Notes: generated from the sequence alone by a model not told the origin. A DNA stretch of 64,000 nucleotides from Candidatus Methylacidiphilales bacterium (GCA_041287705.1 JBGGNE010000021.1:12282-76281), one strand, 5' to 3'; counted from the first letter of the stretch, positions 9,201-17,668 are shown. Translations and numbers: made by a program.

Positions 9201-9777
9201 TATCGGTGCCCGTGATCTGGTAGTCCGACCGCTGGACGCCCGACTGGGCAAGGTGCCGGATATCAGCGCAGCCAGCGTGATGGATGACGGCAAGATCGCA
9301 CTGGTGGTGGATGTGGACGACGTAGTGCGATCCATCGACAGCATGCTGAGCGGCGGCGGATTGCGCAAAGTACACCAGGCGGAGGCGATTGCGGCTCCCA
9401 AAGCTCGACGAATCCTGGTCGTCGATGACTCCTTTACGGTGCGGGAAGTGGAACGTCGTCTGCTGGAAAGTCATGGCTACACCGTGGAGGTGGCTGTCGA
9501 TGGAATGGAAGGCTGGAACGCGGTGCGCAGCTCAAATTTTGATCTGCTGATCACCGATGTGGATATGCCGCGCATGACGGGTATTGATTTAGTGCGCAAT
9601 ATAAAAGAGGATAACCGCCTGAAACAGCTCCCCGTCATGATTGTCAGCTACAAGGATCGCGATGCCGACCGCAAGGAAGGCTTCGAAGCGGGCGCTGATT
9701 ATTATTTCCCGAAGAGCAGCTTCCACGACGCCCGACTGGTCAATGCCGTGGAAGATCTGATAGGTAAGGCGGTATAA
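6247..9777 (+). CDS. cheA: Hybrid CheA-type histidine kinase with C-terminal receiver (WspE-like): HPt, second HPt-like segment, split dimerisation region, HATPase, CheW-like P5, REC
   Basis: HPt: MMRAAHSLKGAARIVGL. Second HPt-like segment: MIHAAAAIKASAQIVEF. ATPase: LTHLIRNALDHGFE, TDDGHGIN, FLPGFSTAEKVTDVSGRGIGLDVV. P5: IKALLVRVADEPYALPL. REC: RILVVDDSFTVRE...DLLITDVDMPRMTG...YFPKS. The start is TTG 6247 or ATG 6280. Confidence 0.9.
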   Translation: MSTYSSSSSSSMGGDDSSGFSMLELFRAEAEGQTQTLSEGLVALETDPNPGALLAEMMRAAHSLKGAARIVGLLPAESVAHVMEDVFVAAQDGAVTLGPAQVDDLLVAVDFLTKLRTLQEHEIESWKASVTGEVAVLEARLKGLLESDSAATSQSQRVLAKQREAIQAKEHAESEVPPENAADTTSWEPVPESPVSLATPAIAGGDNRDNALESGEFSLMGLFREELLKHSTKLAECIRLSDEAHDPLHAGDQGLGKRDIALQQEMIHAAAAIKASAQIVEFVEVQELAGSMEQGLTRWKAAGLDLAAQRATLVRMALQFLQEIAKCKDADMGALVEKKRAAMTEVAHRLRTPQTDSRPSESNPASAKAPSKVAAPASATTSPAPIPVRAPPSIVQALKVKATAAAGAPSRQEAVGSQQHPHHAAGPQSIAAQHLNRISTETRDTHSREVAAAMAPRNEATVRISADLLSSLTGLAAEILVGARQLEPLAARLTAFRQEQIRLASLLARIQSGMVTSEGVKMGLTPGEQSANGLVQEANGTEEQSYYSGREKGTSYVPSFTSATSAPSQGTFSPESAAWFAAEGKMDGVGGMPGNTITSMGEGTAFLPPLPGFPGSHDSGSAHNFSSGASASASVSSVSTAASADSSALGAPINMRGPRGYLIAELTRTMNANNEILAAWMQEFQVYMHRFGNTADRLYQDALATRMRPFGDGTHGFPRLVRDLARQLGKKVRMQILGEETKVDREILEKLEAPLTHLIRNALDHGFETPEERLALGKSEEGMLRLEARHRGGVLVVTLTDDGHGININSLRAKVVERGLETAEVVSRLSEAEVMEFLFLPGFSTAEKVTDVSGRGIGLDVVRHVVQVAGGSVNVHAKENAGCTFQISVPITRSVIKALLVRVADEPYALPLARIDKTARVRQSELGSMEGRLYLNCAYYGNVGLVSAQEIFKLPANLPPQASADVNIVVISDRMNRYGLVVDEFIGARDLVVRPLDARLGKVPDISAASVMDDGKIALVVDVDDVVRSIDSMLSGGGLRKVHQAEAIAAPKARRILVVDDSFTVREVERRLLESHGYTVEVAVDGMEGWNAVRSSNFDLLITDVDMPRMTGIDLVRNIKEDNRLKQLPVMIVSYKDRDADRKEGFEAGADYYFPKSSFHDARLVNAVEDLIGKAV

Positions 9778-9901
9778 GCTGCCCAGCCGCCAGGCGCCAC
9801 GGTTGCTGCTTCGGCAAAATCTGTCGCCCATTCGTTCCTTCACTTTCCACCATGCCCATGTTCTTCTCTCACCCGAAAGCGCCCCGCCCGCTCCGATCCG
9901 A

Positions 9902-10942
9902 ATGAAGGTAGCCATTGTAAATGACATGGCTTTTGCCGTCGAGGCACTGCGCCGCGTGGTGGCCGCCACACCGCACTACCGATTGATATGGACCGCCCAC
10001 GACGGTGCAGAAGCCGTGGAGAAATGCCGTGCCGAGCGGCCGGACATGATCCTGATGGACCTGATCATGCCGACCATGGACGGAGTGGAAGCCACGCGCC
10101 GCATCATGCGGGAGTCGCCTTGCACCATCCTGATTGTCACCGCCACCGTGGACCGTAATACAGCCCGCGTGTACGACGCGCTGGGGTACGGTGCCGCGGA
10201 CGCCGTTGATACACCCACGCTCGACTTTGATGGCAGCATGGAGGGGGCCGCGCAGCTCATCCGCAAAATGGACAGCCTGCGTATACTGGCCTCGAGCGGC
10301 GACGCGATTGCCCAGCGCACCCGCCTGATGAAAGGTTCTCGCCGCCTCAGCGCGGCGACACCGCAGTTCCCCATCCTTGTCGTGGGTTCTTCGACTGGCG
10401 GACCGCAGGCGCTCGCTTCGATCTTTTCGGCACTGCCGCGCGATTTCCCTGCTGCAATCGCTGTCACCCAGCATGTGGATCACCACTTTGTGGATGGACT
10501 GGTGCACTGGCTGCAGGATCAGTCACAGCTCCGTATTCAGATGGCCAACCCAGGTGACGCGCTTGAGCCGGGAAAGGTCCTGGTTGCGTCGCGCGAGGAG
10601 CACCTGGCTATTCGCTCGGACCGGACGGTCTATTATACCGGCGAGCCTTCAGAAACGCCATATCGACCCAGTGTCGATGTGCTTTTTCGCAGCGCTGCCT
10701 CCTGCCGCGGCACCCGGTTGTGCGGAGTGCTGCTGACCGGCATGGGCAAAGACGGCGCTGCCGGTCTGCTGGACCTGAAGCGCGCCAATGCCTTCACGAT
10801 AGCGCAGGACGAGGAAAGCTGTGTGGTGTACGGTATGCCGCGGGCAGCTGTGGAAATGGGCGCCGCGAAGGAAGTGCTGTCCCTCGACCGGATTTCCGCA
10901 CGCCTGATGCGTTGGGCGGAAAACACCCTTGTCGGGGAATAA
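9902..10942 (+). CDS. cheB: Protein-glutamate methylesterase with N-terminal receiver (CheB, WspF-like)
   Basis: MKVAIVNDMAFAVEALRRVV...DMILMDLIMPTMDGVEATRRIM is the REC domain. VVGSSTGGPQAL...VTQHV...LTGMGKDGA carries the methylesterase Ser/His/Asp regions. I chose the start at internal ATG 9902. Confidence 0.9.
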   Translation: MKVAIVNDMAFAVEALRRVVAATPHYRLIWTAHDGAEAVEKCRAERPDMILMDLIMPTMDGVEATRRIMRESPCTILIVTATVDRNTARVYDALGYGAADAVDTPTLDFDGSMEGAAQLIRKMDSLRILASSGDAIAQRTRLMKGSRRLSAATPQFPILVVGSSTGGPQALASIFSALPRDFPAAIAVTQHVDHHFVDGLVHWLQDQSQLRIQMANPGDALEPGKVLVASREEHLAIRSDRTVYYTGEPSETPYRPSVDVLFRSAASCRGTRLCGVLLTGMGKDGAAGLLDLKRANAFTIAQDEESCVVYGMPRAAVEMGAAKEVLSLDRISARLMRWAENTLVGE

Positions 10943-10991
10943 AAATTACGCTAAATGCTTTAGCAGCACCTATTTTATTACGATATTAAGT

Positions 10992-11160
10992 TTAGGAGTC
11001 GCTGCCGAATAACCTATAGAACTTGGAGTGATGATTTTGAGATGAGAGCAAGGCGGGATGAAGGGAGTGCATGAGAATAACGCTCGACCTGAATTCCAAC
11101 GAAGCTATCGCTCAAAAGCGACGCTCCAAGTCCTATAGGTTATTCGGCAGCGACTCCTTA
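10992..11160. mobile_element. MITE-like palindromic element, copy 1 (163-bp element 10995..11157 flanked by direct TTA/TTA)
   Basis: The arms are GGAGTCGCTGCCGAATAACCTATAGAACTTGGAG (10995..) and its complement CTCCAAGTCCTATAGGTTATTCGGCAGCGACTCC (..11157), pairing at 33 of 34 positions. The central ~105 nt is about 90% identical to the second copy at 46418..46582. TTA is present at 10992-10994 and 11158-11160. Confidence 0.7.
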
Positions 11161-11213
11161 GCGGCGTTAAATAGAATTATCTTTCTCACTGCAACATTAT
11201 CTCACAACAAACT

Positions 11214-12434
11214 GTGAAAACTGATCCTCTTCCCGCTACACCGCGCAGTGAGTTCCGCCAGCATGCCATTAAGGTATTTCTTATTGATGATCAGCTGCTG
11301 ATTGGCGAGGCGGTGCGCCGCATGCTGGCCGGAGAGCCAGGCATTGAGTTTAAATTCTGTAGCGACCCCGCCAAAGCAGAAGCCATGGCCGTAGAGTTTC
11401 AACCCACGCTTATCCTGCTGGATCTGGTAATGCCAGGCATTGATGGCCTGACCATGGTAAAGACATTTCGTGCCAATCCCGAAACACTGCAGATACCGCT
11501 CATTGTGCTCAGCGCCAAGGAAGAGCCCAAGATCAAAGCCGAAGCATTCGCCATCGGAGCTAACGACTACCTGGTGAAGCTGCCTGACAAGATTGAGCTG
11601 ATAGCGCGTATTCGATATCACTCCAATGCTTACATCACCCTTCTCCAGCGCAATGAAGCCTATGAGGCCCTGATGTGCAGCCAGCGCGCCCTTGCCGCGG
11701 AGCTTCAGGAAGCCGCCGAATACGTACGCTCGCTGTTGCCCGCGCCGATGATAGGGTCCATCACCACATCGTGGAAGTTTTTCTCCTCCACAAGCCTGGG
11801 TGGCGATGCTTTTGGCTACCATTGGCTGGATGATGACAATTTTGCAATTTTTCTTCTGGATGTGTGCGGACATGGCGTGGGCGCTGCCCTCCTCAGCGTT
11901 TCCATCATGAATTCCATCAAGACACGGCCTCTTCTGACCGTGGATTTTCATCAGCCCAATCAGGTGCTGAAGGCGTTAAATGCCGCCTACCCCATGGAAA
12001 AGAACAATAACATGTACTTTACCATGTGGTATGGAGTTTATAACAAGACGAGCCGCAAGCTGACCTACAGCACGGGCGGCCATCCACCCGCTGTGATGAT
12101 TTCAGGCAATCCGGGCACTCAGGGTGACGGCCCCAGCCATATCGAAATGCTTCGCACGAGGGGTATGATGATCGGCGCCCTGATGATCTCCGACTTTGAG
12201 AACGACGAGACGGAAATCCCGGCCGGCGCGCGTCTTTTTGTCTTTAGCGATGGGGCCTACGAAGTTAAACGTCCCGGTCGAGAGATGATGGAGCTGGATG
12301 AACTGGTCGAAATCCTGGTTCCGGACCCCGGCGACAGCACCAAACTGGACATGGTTGTCGACGAAGTAAGGCGCCAGCAGGGCCACGATAATTTTGTTGA
12401 CGACTTCTCTCTGCTCGAAATTCGATTCGAATAG
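11214..12434 (+). CDS. Response regulator with PP2C/SpoIIE-type Ser/Thr phosphatase output domain
   Basis: REC: KVFLIDDQLLIGE...LILLDLVMPGIDG...VLSAKEE...DYLVKLPD. PP2C/SpoIIE: GGDAFGYHWLDDDNFAIFLLDVCGHGVGAALLS...LFVFSDGAYE...DDFSLLEI. GTG start. Confidence 0.85.
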   Translation: MKTDPLPATPRSEFRQHAIKVFLIDDQLLIGEAVRRMLAGEPGIEFKFCSDPAKAEAMAVEFQPTLILLDLVMPGIDGLTMVKTFRANPETLQIPLIVLSAKEEPKIKAEAFAIGANDYLVKLPDKIELIARIRYHSNAYITLLQRNEAYEALMCSQRALAAELQEAAEYVRSLLPAPMIGSITTSWKFFSSTSLGGDAFGYHWLDDDNFAIFLLDVCGHGVGAALLSVSIMNSIKTRPLLTVDFHQPNQVLKALNAAYPMEKNNNMYFTMWYGVYNKTSRKLTYSTGGHPPAVMISGNPGTQGDGPSHIEMLRTRGMMIGALMISDFENDETEIPAGARLFVFSDGAYEVKRPGREMMELDELVEILVPDPGDSTKLDMVVDEVRRQQGHDNFVDDFSLLEIRFE

Positions 12435-12469
12435 TGAGATAGTAGTAGCAAAAATAGGGAGAAGATAAC

Positions 12470-12871
12470 ATGACCACAAATGACAATCAGTTTATCGATC
12501 TTATCCAGCTACTACTAAGTGATACAGAGAAAGAAGCCGCAGTCGTTTTATTAAAAGAACAACCAGAGCTGCTCGAAGCAAGGAACTCGCGTGGGATGAC
12601 GGCGCTTATGGAAGTGAGCCTGCTGGGAAATGCGGAAGCCGCTGAATTTCTCATCCAGAGCGGCGCGCAGGTGAACGCCAAATCGGACAAAGAAGGCCGC
12701 ACCGCGATGCACTTTGCCGCCGAGCATGGCCATGTGGATGCGTACTGCATCCTTAAAGACAATGGCGGCGATGATACGCAGCCGGATATCAAACGCGATA
12801 CGCCCCGCAATGTGCTGGATTGGTATTTCTCCCCCGTAGGCTCCGCCATGCGGGCCGCCAGGGAGAAATAG
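12470..12871 (+). CDS. Ankyrin-repeat protein
   Basis: RGMTALMEVSLLGNAEAAEFLIQSGAQVNAKSDKEGRTAMHFAAEHGHVDAYCILKDNGGD has the G-x-TALH...G...LL..GA motif repeated. It starts 35 nt after the REC-PP2C gene, with gggaga upstream of the ATG. Confidence 0.8.
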   Translation: MTTNDNQFIDLIQLLLSDTEKEAAVVLLKEQPELLEARNSRGMTALMEVSLLGNAEAAEFLIQSGAQVNAKSDKEGRTAMHFAAEHGHVDAYCILKDNGGDDTQPDIKRDTPRNVLDWYFSPVGSAMRAAREK

Positions 12872-12930
12872 CCTGCCGCCTTTCGCACGGTGACATACGC
12901 CACCGTTCTGCGCCTTCTGGATCATTTCGC

Positions 12931-13770
12931 TCAGTTCCTCGACCGATATCGCCCTGGCGCCATGTGATGTTCGCGACGGAAAACTGTAGAGAAATAGTAT
13001 TCGTCGTTAAACCCGCACTGACGCGCGACCTGCTTTAGCGGAACGCGGGAATTGACGAGCAGACTCCTCGCACGTTCCATACGCACATCGGTCAGATAGG
13101 CGATCATCGATTTGCCGTGCACTTCCTTGAAGAGATGGCGTAAGTGATTCGAGCTGAGACCTATGTGCCCGGCTACTTCTTCCAGCGAGGCGATAGTTTC
13201 GAAATTCCGGCGTATGTAGTTCTCCGCAAGCTTCACATACGCTTCCGCGGGTGAACACCTGCCAACATCCTCGCGGGTCGTGGCAGCCTGTATGGCATGC
13301 AATACCGCAGCCGTCGCGCGCATGTTCAGAATTCCCTGCTCCACCGGCCCTACGCGTGCATGGCCACGAGAAAGTGCCACGAATTCCGCGGCTACATCCG
13401 CATCGGCCAGCAAAGGCAGACAAAGTCCGCCGTGCACTATCGGCGGGGCACCCGGCGGAAGTTCAAGCTGAAGGCACAGATCATCGCCGGCGGTGACCAT
13501 GGTCTGGTCATGCATCTCCTCCGGAGCGTAAAGAATAACGCAGCCTTCCTGAAAAGGCATTTCGCGACCACTTGCAACCCGGGTAACGCCGTGCCCGGTA
13601 GGGTGATACACCGCCTCCAGCCCACGATGACTGTGCATGGGGCAGTAGCTGTTTCGGGGGATGGAATGACGTACGCTGGTGACGAACGACAACGGCGGCT
13701 GACTGATTTGATCCCGTAGAAACGAGCTCCAGCTTCGAGAGGCTTCAGAAGGAGCGATGCTGGTTGTCAT
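12931..13770 (-). CDS. AraC-family transcriptional regulator
   Basis: The C-terminal HTH is LEEVAGHIGLSSNHLRHLFKEVHGKSMIAYLTDVRMERARSLLVNSRVPLKQVARQCGFNDEYYFSTVFRREHHMAPGRYR. It is divergent from the dehydrogenase/isomerase pair. Confidence 0.85.
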   Translation of the reverse strand: MTTSIAPSEASRSWSSFLRDQISQPPLSFVTSVRHSIPRNSYCPMHSHRGLEAVYHPTGHGVTRVASGREMPFQEGCVILYAPEEMHDQTMVTAGDDLCLQLELPPGAPPIVHGGLCLPLLADADVAAEFVALSRGHARVGPVEQGILNMRATAAVLHAIQAATTREDVGRCSPAEAYVKLAENYIRRNFETIASLEEVAGHIGLSSNHLRHLFKEVHGKSMIAYLTDVRMERARSLLVNSRVPLKQVARQCGFNDEYYFSTVFRREHHMAPGRYRSRN

Positions 13771-13895
13771 CAGCGATATTTATAACGATTTCCCGTGGTA
13801 TTTTCACCCTGAAAATGGAGCTGATCCACGAAAACCACAAAAAGTGGCTATTTATTCGAATTGGATACAGCGTTTGCCATGCTTTACATAGTGGC

Positions 13896-14918
13896 ATGAC
13901 ACAACCCGTTTCTGCGGTCCCCGCACTGCATGCCAAACGCATCGTTTTTACCGGAAAGCAACAACTCCACCTGGAAGCCTTCGACCATGGTCAACCCGCC
14001 GAAGGTCAGGTTTTAATCCGTACCGAGTTCTCTCTGATGAGCACCGGCACGGAAAACATCGTCTTCAATCGCAATTTCGATGCCGGCACCCACTGGGATA
14101 ACTGGGTAAAGTATCCGTTCTACCCCGGCTACACCGCCGTGGGCACGATTGCCGCCATGGGTCCCGAAGTCACGACACGCACGGTCGGCCAGCGCGTGGC
14201 TTTCCGTATCGGCCATCGCTCACATGCGATTATGAAGGCCACGGATACATTCCCTATACCTGATGATGTGACGTGGGAGCAGGCAGCATGGTTCAGCCTG
14301 GTCAAGATCGCCTTCATGGGGGCGCGCGCCGCTGCCTATACGCTTGGCGATACGGTTCTTATCATCGGTGCCGGCCCGATCGGCCAAATGTCCGTGCGCT
14401 GGGCTCGTGCTGCCGGTGCCGCCAGCATTATTGTGGTGGATCCCGTCCCGGGACGCCTGAAGAACGCGACCGAAGGCGGCGCAACGGCCGTCATCTCGCT
14501 GCCGATCAGCGAAGCTCGCGAAGCCATTCTCGCCGCCAATGGCGGAAAGCTTCCCCGCGTCGTTATCGATGGCACGGGACACGCGGCGGTTTTCGCATCA
14601 GCTCTGACTCTCGCGGCACGTTTTGGCACCGTAGTTGTGCTTGGCGATACCGGCCAGCCGACGCAGCAGACGCTGACCACCGACGTTATCAATCGCGGTC
14701 TGCGCATCATTGGCGCGCATGACGGCCATGGCAATGAGGAATGGAACGATGCGACGATCACGGAGCTCTTCTTCAGTCTGAACCGCACAGACCGCTTCCC
14801 GATGCAGAACCTCACCTCGCACATCTTTACGCCGGAACAATGCGAAGAAGCGTACACAGTGGCCAATCGCGACCGCGCCAGCACGATGGGCATTCTGTTC
14901 GACTGGAGAAATAAATGA
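13896..14918 (+). CDS. Zinc-type/MDR-family alcohol (polyol) dehydrogenase
   Basis: PFYPGYTAVGTIAAMGPEV...VLIIGAGPIGQMSVRWARAAGAASIIVVDP (Rossmann GxGxxG). I chose the start at ATG 13896 (MTQPVS...). Confidence 0.8.
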   Translation: MTQPVSAVPALHAKRIVFTGKQQLHLEAFDHGQPAEGQVLIRTEFSLMSTGTENIVFNRNFDAGTHWDNWVKYPFYPGYTAVGTIAAMGPEVTTRTVGQRVAFRIGHRSHAIMKATDTFPIPDDVTWEQAAWFSLVKIAFMGARAAAYTLGDTVLIIGAGPIGQMSVRWARAAGAASIIVVDPVPGRLKNATEGGATAVISLPISEAREAILAANGGKLPRVVIDGTGHAAVFASALTLAARFGTVVVLGDTGQPTQQTLTTDVINRGLRIIGAHDGHGNEEWNDATITELFFSLNRTDRFPMQNLTSHIFTPEQCEEAYTVANRDRASTMGILFDWRNK

Positions 14919-15748
14919 GCGGCGCAACAGCACTGGAAGCGCAGCCTGCGGCCTCCTCCAGCTCGTCGGCGCAGAAGGGTCTGCGCCAAAGCTTCACCTG
15001 GTGGAGTTTCTCCAACCGCGGCGGTGTATCCGCTGAAGCCTTGCTAAGAGGCGCGGCGGAAATCGGCTACAAGGGCGTGGAGCTCCTGGACGAAGCACTC
15101 TGGCCTGTGGCCAAAGAATACGGTCTGCAGATCACAACGGAAAAAGGTCACGGCACCATCGAAAGTGGACTGAACCGTCAAGAAAACCGCATGCGCATTG
15201 TCGATGAGCTCCACGAACGCATCGCCAGGGCCAAAGAATGGGAAATCCCGATCCTGATCTGCTTCAGCGGCAACCGAGCGGAGGATCTTTCCGATTCCGC
15301 CGGTCTGGAAACCTCCGCTGAAACGCTGCGCCTGATTGCACCTGCTGCCGAAGCCGCCGGAGTAATACTGGCAGTTGAACTGCTTAACAGCCGGTTAGAC
15401 CACAAAGGCTACCAGTGTGATCATACAGAGTGGGGAGTTGCGCTATGCGATAAAGCAGGTTCCCCATCCGTAAAGCTGCTTTACGATATATATCACATGC
15501 AGATCATGGAAGGTGACCTGATTCGAACCATTCAAAAGCACCATTCATCTATAGCGCATTACCATACAGCTGGAAATCCCGGTCGCGGTCATCCCGATCT
15601 AAAACAGGAGATTTATTATCCTGCCATCTACCGCGCAATTGCGAAAACCGGGTACACCGGCTTTATCGGTCAGGAGTTTTTCCCCGAAGGAAATCCCCTT
15701 GAGGCGCTGCGACTTGCGTATGATGATTGCGCGGAAGCATTGGGCTAA
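14915..15748 (+). CDS. Xylose-isomerase-like TIM-barrel sugar (phosphate) isomerase/epimerase (hydroxypyruvate-isomerase-like)
   Basis: VELLNSRLDHKGYQCDH...KLLYDIYHMQIMEGDLI...IAHYHTAGNPGRGHPD...GFIGQEF. An ATGA start/stop overlap with the dehydrogenase suggests translational coupling. Confidence 0.8.
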   Translation: MSGATALEAQPAASSSSSAQKGLRQSFTWWSFSNRGGVSAEALLRGAAEIGYKGVELLDEALWPVAKEYGLQITTEKGHGTIESGLNRQENRMRIVDELHERIARAKEWEIPILICFSGNRAEDLSDSAGLETSAETLRLIAPAAEAAGVILAVELLNSRLDHKGYQCDHTEWGVALCDKAGSPSVKLLYDIYHMQIMEGDLIRTIQKHHSSIAHYHTAGNPGRGHPDLKQEIYYPAIYRAIAKTGYTGFIGQEFFPEGNPLEALRLAYDDCAEALG

Positions 15749-15800
15749 GTTATATAGCCTGGCTTATCACTTAGAAATCACAGGTTGTGTAACTCCATTA

Positions 15801-15837
15801 CCCGCAGCAGTATAGCGCCGACTTTCGGTGCTGCGGG
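15801..15837 (+). terminator. GC-rich hairpin downstream of the isomerase gene (possible terminator, no T-tract)
   Basis: cccgcagca ... tgctgcggg forms a 9-bp stem with an inner ccga/tcgg stem. The missing U-tract keeps confidence low. Confidence 0.35.
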
Positions 15838-15926
15838 TGCATGTAGACTCAGCAGTCGGGAATAATGTTGCATTTTCGCGGCGATGATGCAGATTTTATG
15901 CCAGAACTTTTTTCTGGATAACTGTT

Positions 15927-16577
15927 ATGCGCCTTCGCCGCCACCGTTCTTTAACCTGGAGTACCTCGCTGCCCTTGCTCCTGGCCTTTATGGCCTATGG
16001 GTCGCTATGGTGCCGGGCCAGCGGGGAAAGCCGGCTGGCTGCAGAAGCTCCCGAGGTGGCGCGGGAAGTCACTTTTCGTATCGAAGGTTCTGTTCCCAAG
16101 TCATCGCTGATTCAGACGCGGCTTAGTGTAGGAAGCAAGACGGCGCTGATTACGGTGCTGAGTGTCATGGTTTTTGGCATGCTGGTGCTGCTTCGCAAGT
16201 TTGATGCGACCTCTCATTTCGTACCGCAGAGCGCGTGTGTAGTTGGTCTGACCCTTCTGGCTTTTGGCGGCGTAGCCTCAGTCTGCACCCTGATGGGGCA
16301 TCCACGATTCAGACTGAATAGTATTGCAGGCGCCTCGCAACCAGCCAATGAGGTCAGCGACTCGAATTATAAGTCTGTTTACATTGCGGTGGTAGAGGGT
16401 GAAGGAAGCCCCTCGCATCACCTGAACCCGGGCAATTATTTTCTGCTGCACACTGCCCTGCCCAAGGATCAGGAACTCCCGCGCGGTTCCCGTCTCTCCA
16501 TCGCGGTGGATGTCGACATAACCGCTATAAAAGAGAATCTGGAAGATGCATCCTCTTCCACCGCAGCCGCCCATTAG
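15927..16577 (+). CDS. Hypothetical membrane/secreted protein
   Basis: The ORF has an N-terminal hydrophobic segment (LPLLLAFMAYGSLW) and two further hydrophobic stretches. No recognisable motifs. Confidence 0.35.
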   Translation: MRLRRHRSLTWSTSLPLLLAFMAYGSLWCRASGESRLAAEAPEVAREVTFRIEGSVPKSSLIQTRLSVGSKTALITVLSVMVFGMLVLLRKFDATSHFVPQSACVVGLTLLAFGGVASVCTLMGHPRFRLNSIAGASQPANEVSDSNYKSVYIAVVEGEGSPSHHLNPGNYFLLHTALPKDQELPRGSRLSIAVDVDITAIKENLEDASSSTAAAH

Positions 16578-16736
16578 GATGTGCGCCTCTTTGTCGAAAT
16601 AGTTGTAAAGGAAGGGCGAGTCTCCCGGTGTTTTTGATAGCCGGGCCCGCGCGCAGCCGAGCTTCTTCATCGCTGAAGAACAGAACGGTTTTCCTACCAA
16701 AGCGCGAAACAGGATTCACCTACGCAAGAAAACCAT

Positions 16737-17507
16737 ATGCACATGCCGACACTGGAAATGACTGAGGCCGAAGCTGGAGCCGAAACGGCCGAAGCCCTGG
16801 CCGCCGCCACTGAATCCTACAGCGACAACGATAACGACACCGACAGCATTGTTGCCGAGGAGACTACCGCGACCGTCATTTCCGAACCCCACCCTCTGGA
16901 AGGCGAAATCCGCCGCTGGGAGCGCATCACGCGCGACCTGCCCCCTCCCGCCAAGAATATTCTGTTTTACGGTAGCTCCACCATCCGCCTGTGGAACGAG
17001 ACGCTGGAGGGAGATTTTCCCGAGCTGCCCGTTGTATGCCGAGGCTTCGGCGGTTCCGATCTGGAAGAAGGCGTCCTGTTTTTCGATCGCCTGGTAATTC
17101 CCTGCCGTCCCAGCATGCTGGTAGTCTATGCAGGCGAAAATGATCTCGTCCATGGCCGTACCGCAGATCAGGTCGTTCAGAGCTGGCGCGAGATCGTGCG
17201 TCACACCCGCCTGCACCTGGGCAGCATTCCCGTCGTCTTCATTTCCCTGAAGCCCAGCCCCTCGCGCCTTCACCTTCGCGAAGCAGTACTGGAAGTAAAC
17301 CGCCGCATCAAAGCTATCTGCGCGGAATCTCCCCGCCTGCTGCGCTATGTGGACGTATACAACCCGATGCTTGACGATAACGGCAACGCCCGTCTGGAGA
17401 ACTTCAGCGAAGATCAGCTGCACCTCTCCCGCAAGGGCTACGAACTGTGGGCCACCCTGCTGCAGAAGCCGGTACGCGACGCGTATAATTACGCCATCGG
17501 CGTCTGA
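16737..17507 (+). CDS. SGNH/GDSL-family hydrolase
   Basis: Block I is ILFYGSSTIRLW. GFGGSD and VVYAGENDL are also present, and the C-terminal DQLHLSRKGYELW supplies the DxxH catalytic block. Confidence 0.75.
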   Translation: MHMPTLEMTEAEAGAETAEALAAATESYSDNDNDTDSIVAEETTATVISEPHPLEGEIRRWERITRDLPPPAKNILFYGSSTIRLWNETLEGDFPELPVVCRGFGGSDLEEGVLFFDRLVIPCRPSMLVVYAGENDLVHGRTADQVVQSWREIVRHTRLHLGSIPVVFISLKPSPSRLHLREAVLEVNRRIKAICAESPRLLRYVDVYNPMLDDNGNARLENFSEDQLHLSRKGYELWATLLQKPVRDAYNYAIGV

Positions 17508-17590
17508 GTAGGAATCACTGGCGGACGAGCAAAATGGTCTGGACTCCGCCTGTTTTCGATAGCGCTTTCTTGCTTCTGATTTTTTAAGCA

Positions 17591-17629
17591 TCCACCCCAT
17601 CGGGTTTCCGACGGGGTGGAACTGTTTTC
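17591..17629 (+). terminator. Rho-independent terminator between the convergent SGNH and bcsC genes
   Basis: tccaccccatcgg / gttt / ccgacggggtgga forms a 12-13 bp stem with one mismatch, followed by aactgtttt. Confidence 0.6.
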
Positions 17630-17668
17630 AGCTTTGGTCGCTCCGAGAATGACCCCGGTGCCAGTCGC

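Noticed and set aside
11043-11075. Mini-ORF conserved inside both palindromic elements (MRARRDEGSA* in copy 1; MRARRNEGSALE* in copy 2 at 46465..46503)
   Set aside because: It is only 10-12 codons, has no SD or start context, and its stop position differs between copies. The conservation is better explained by the nucleotide-level conservation of the element core.
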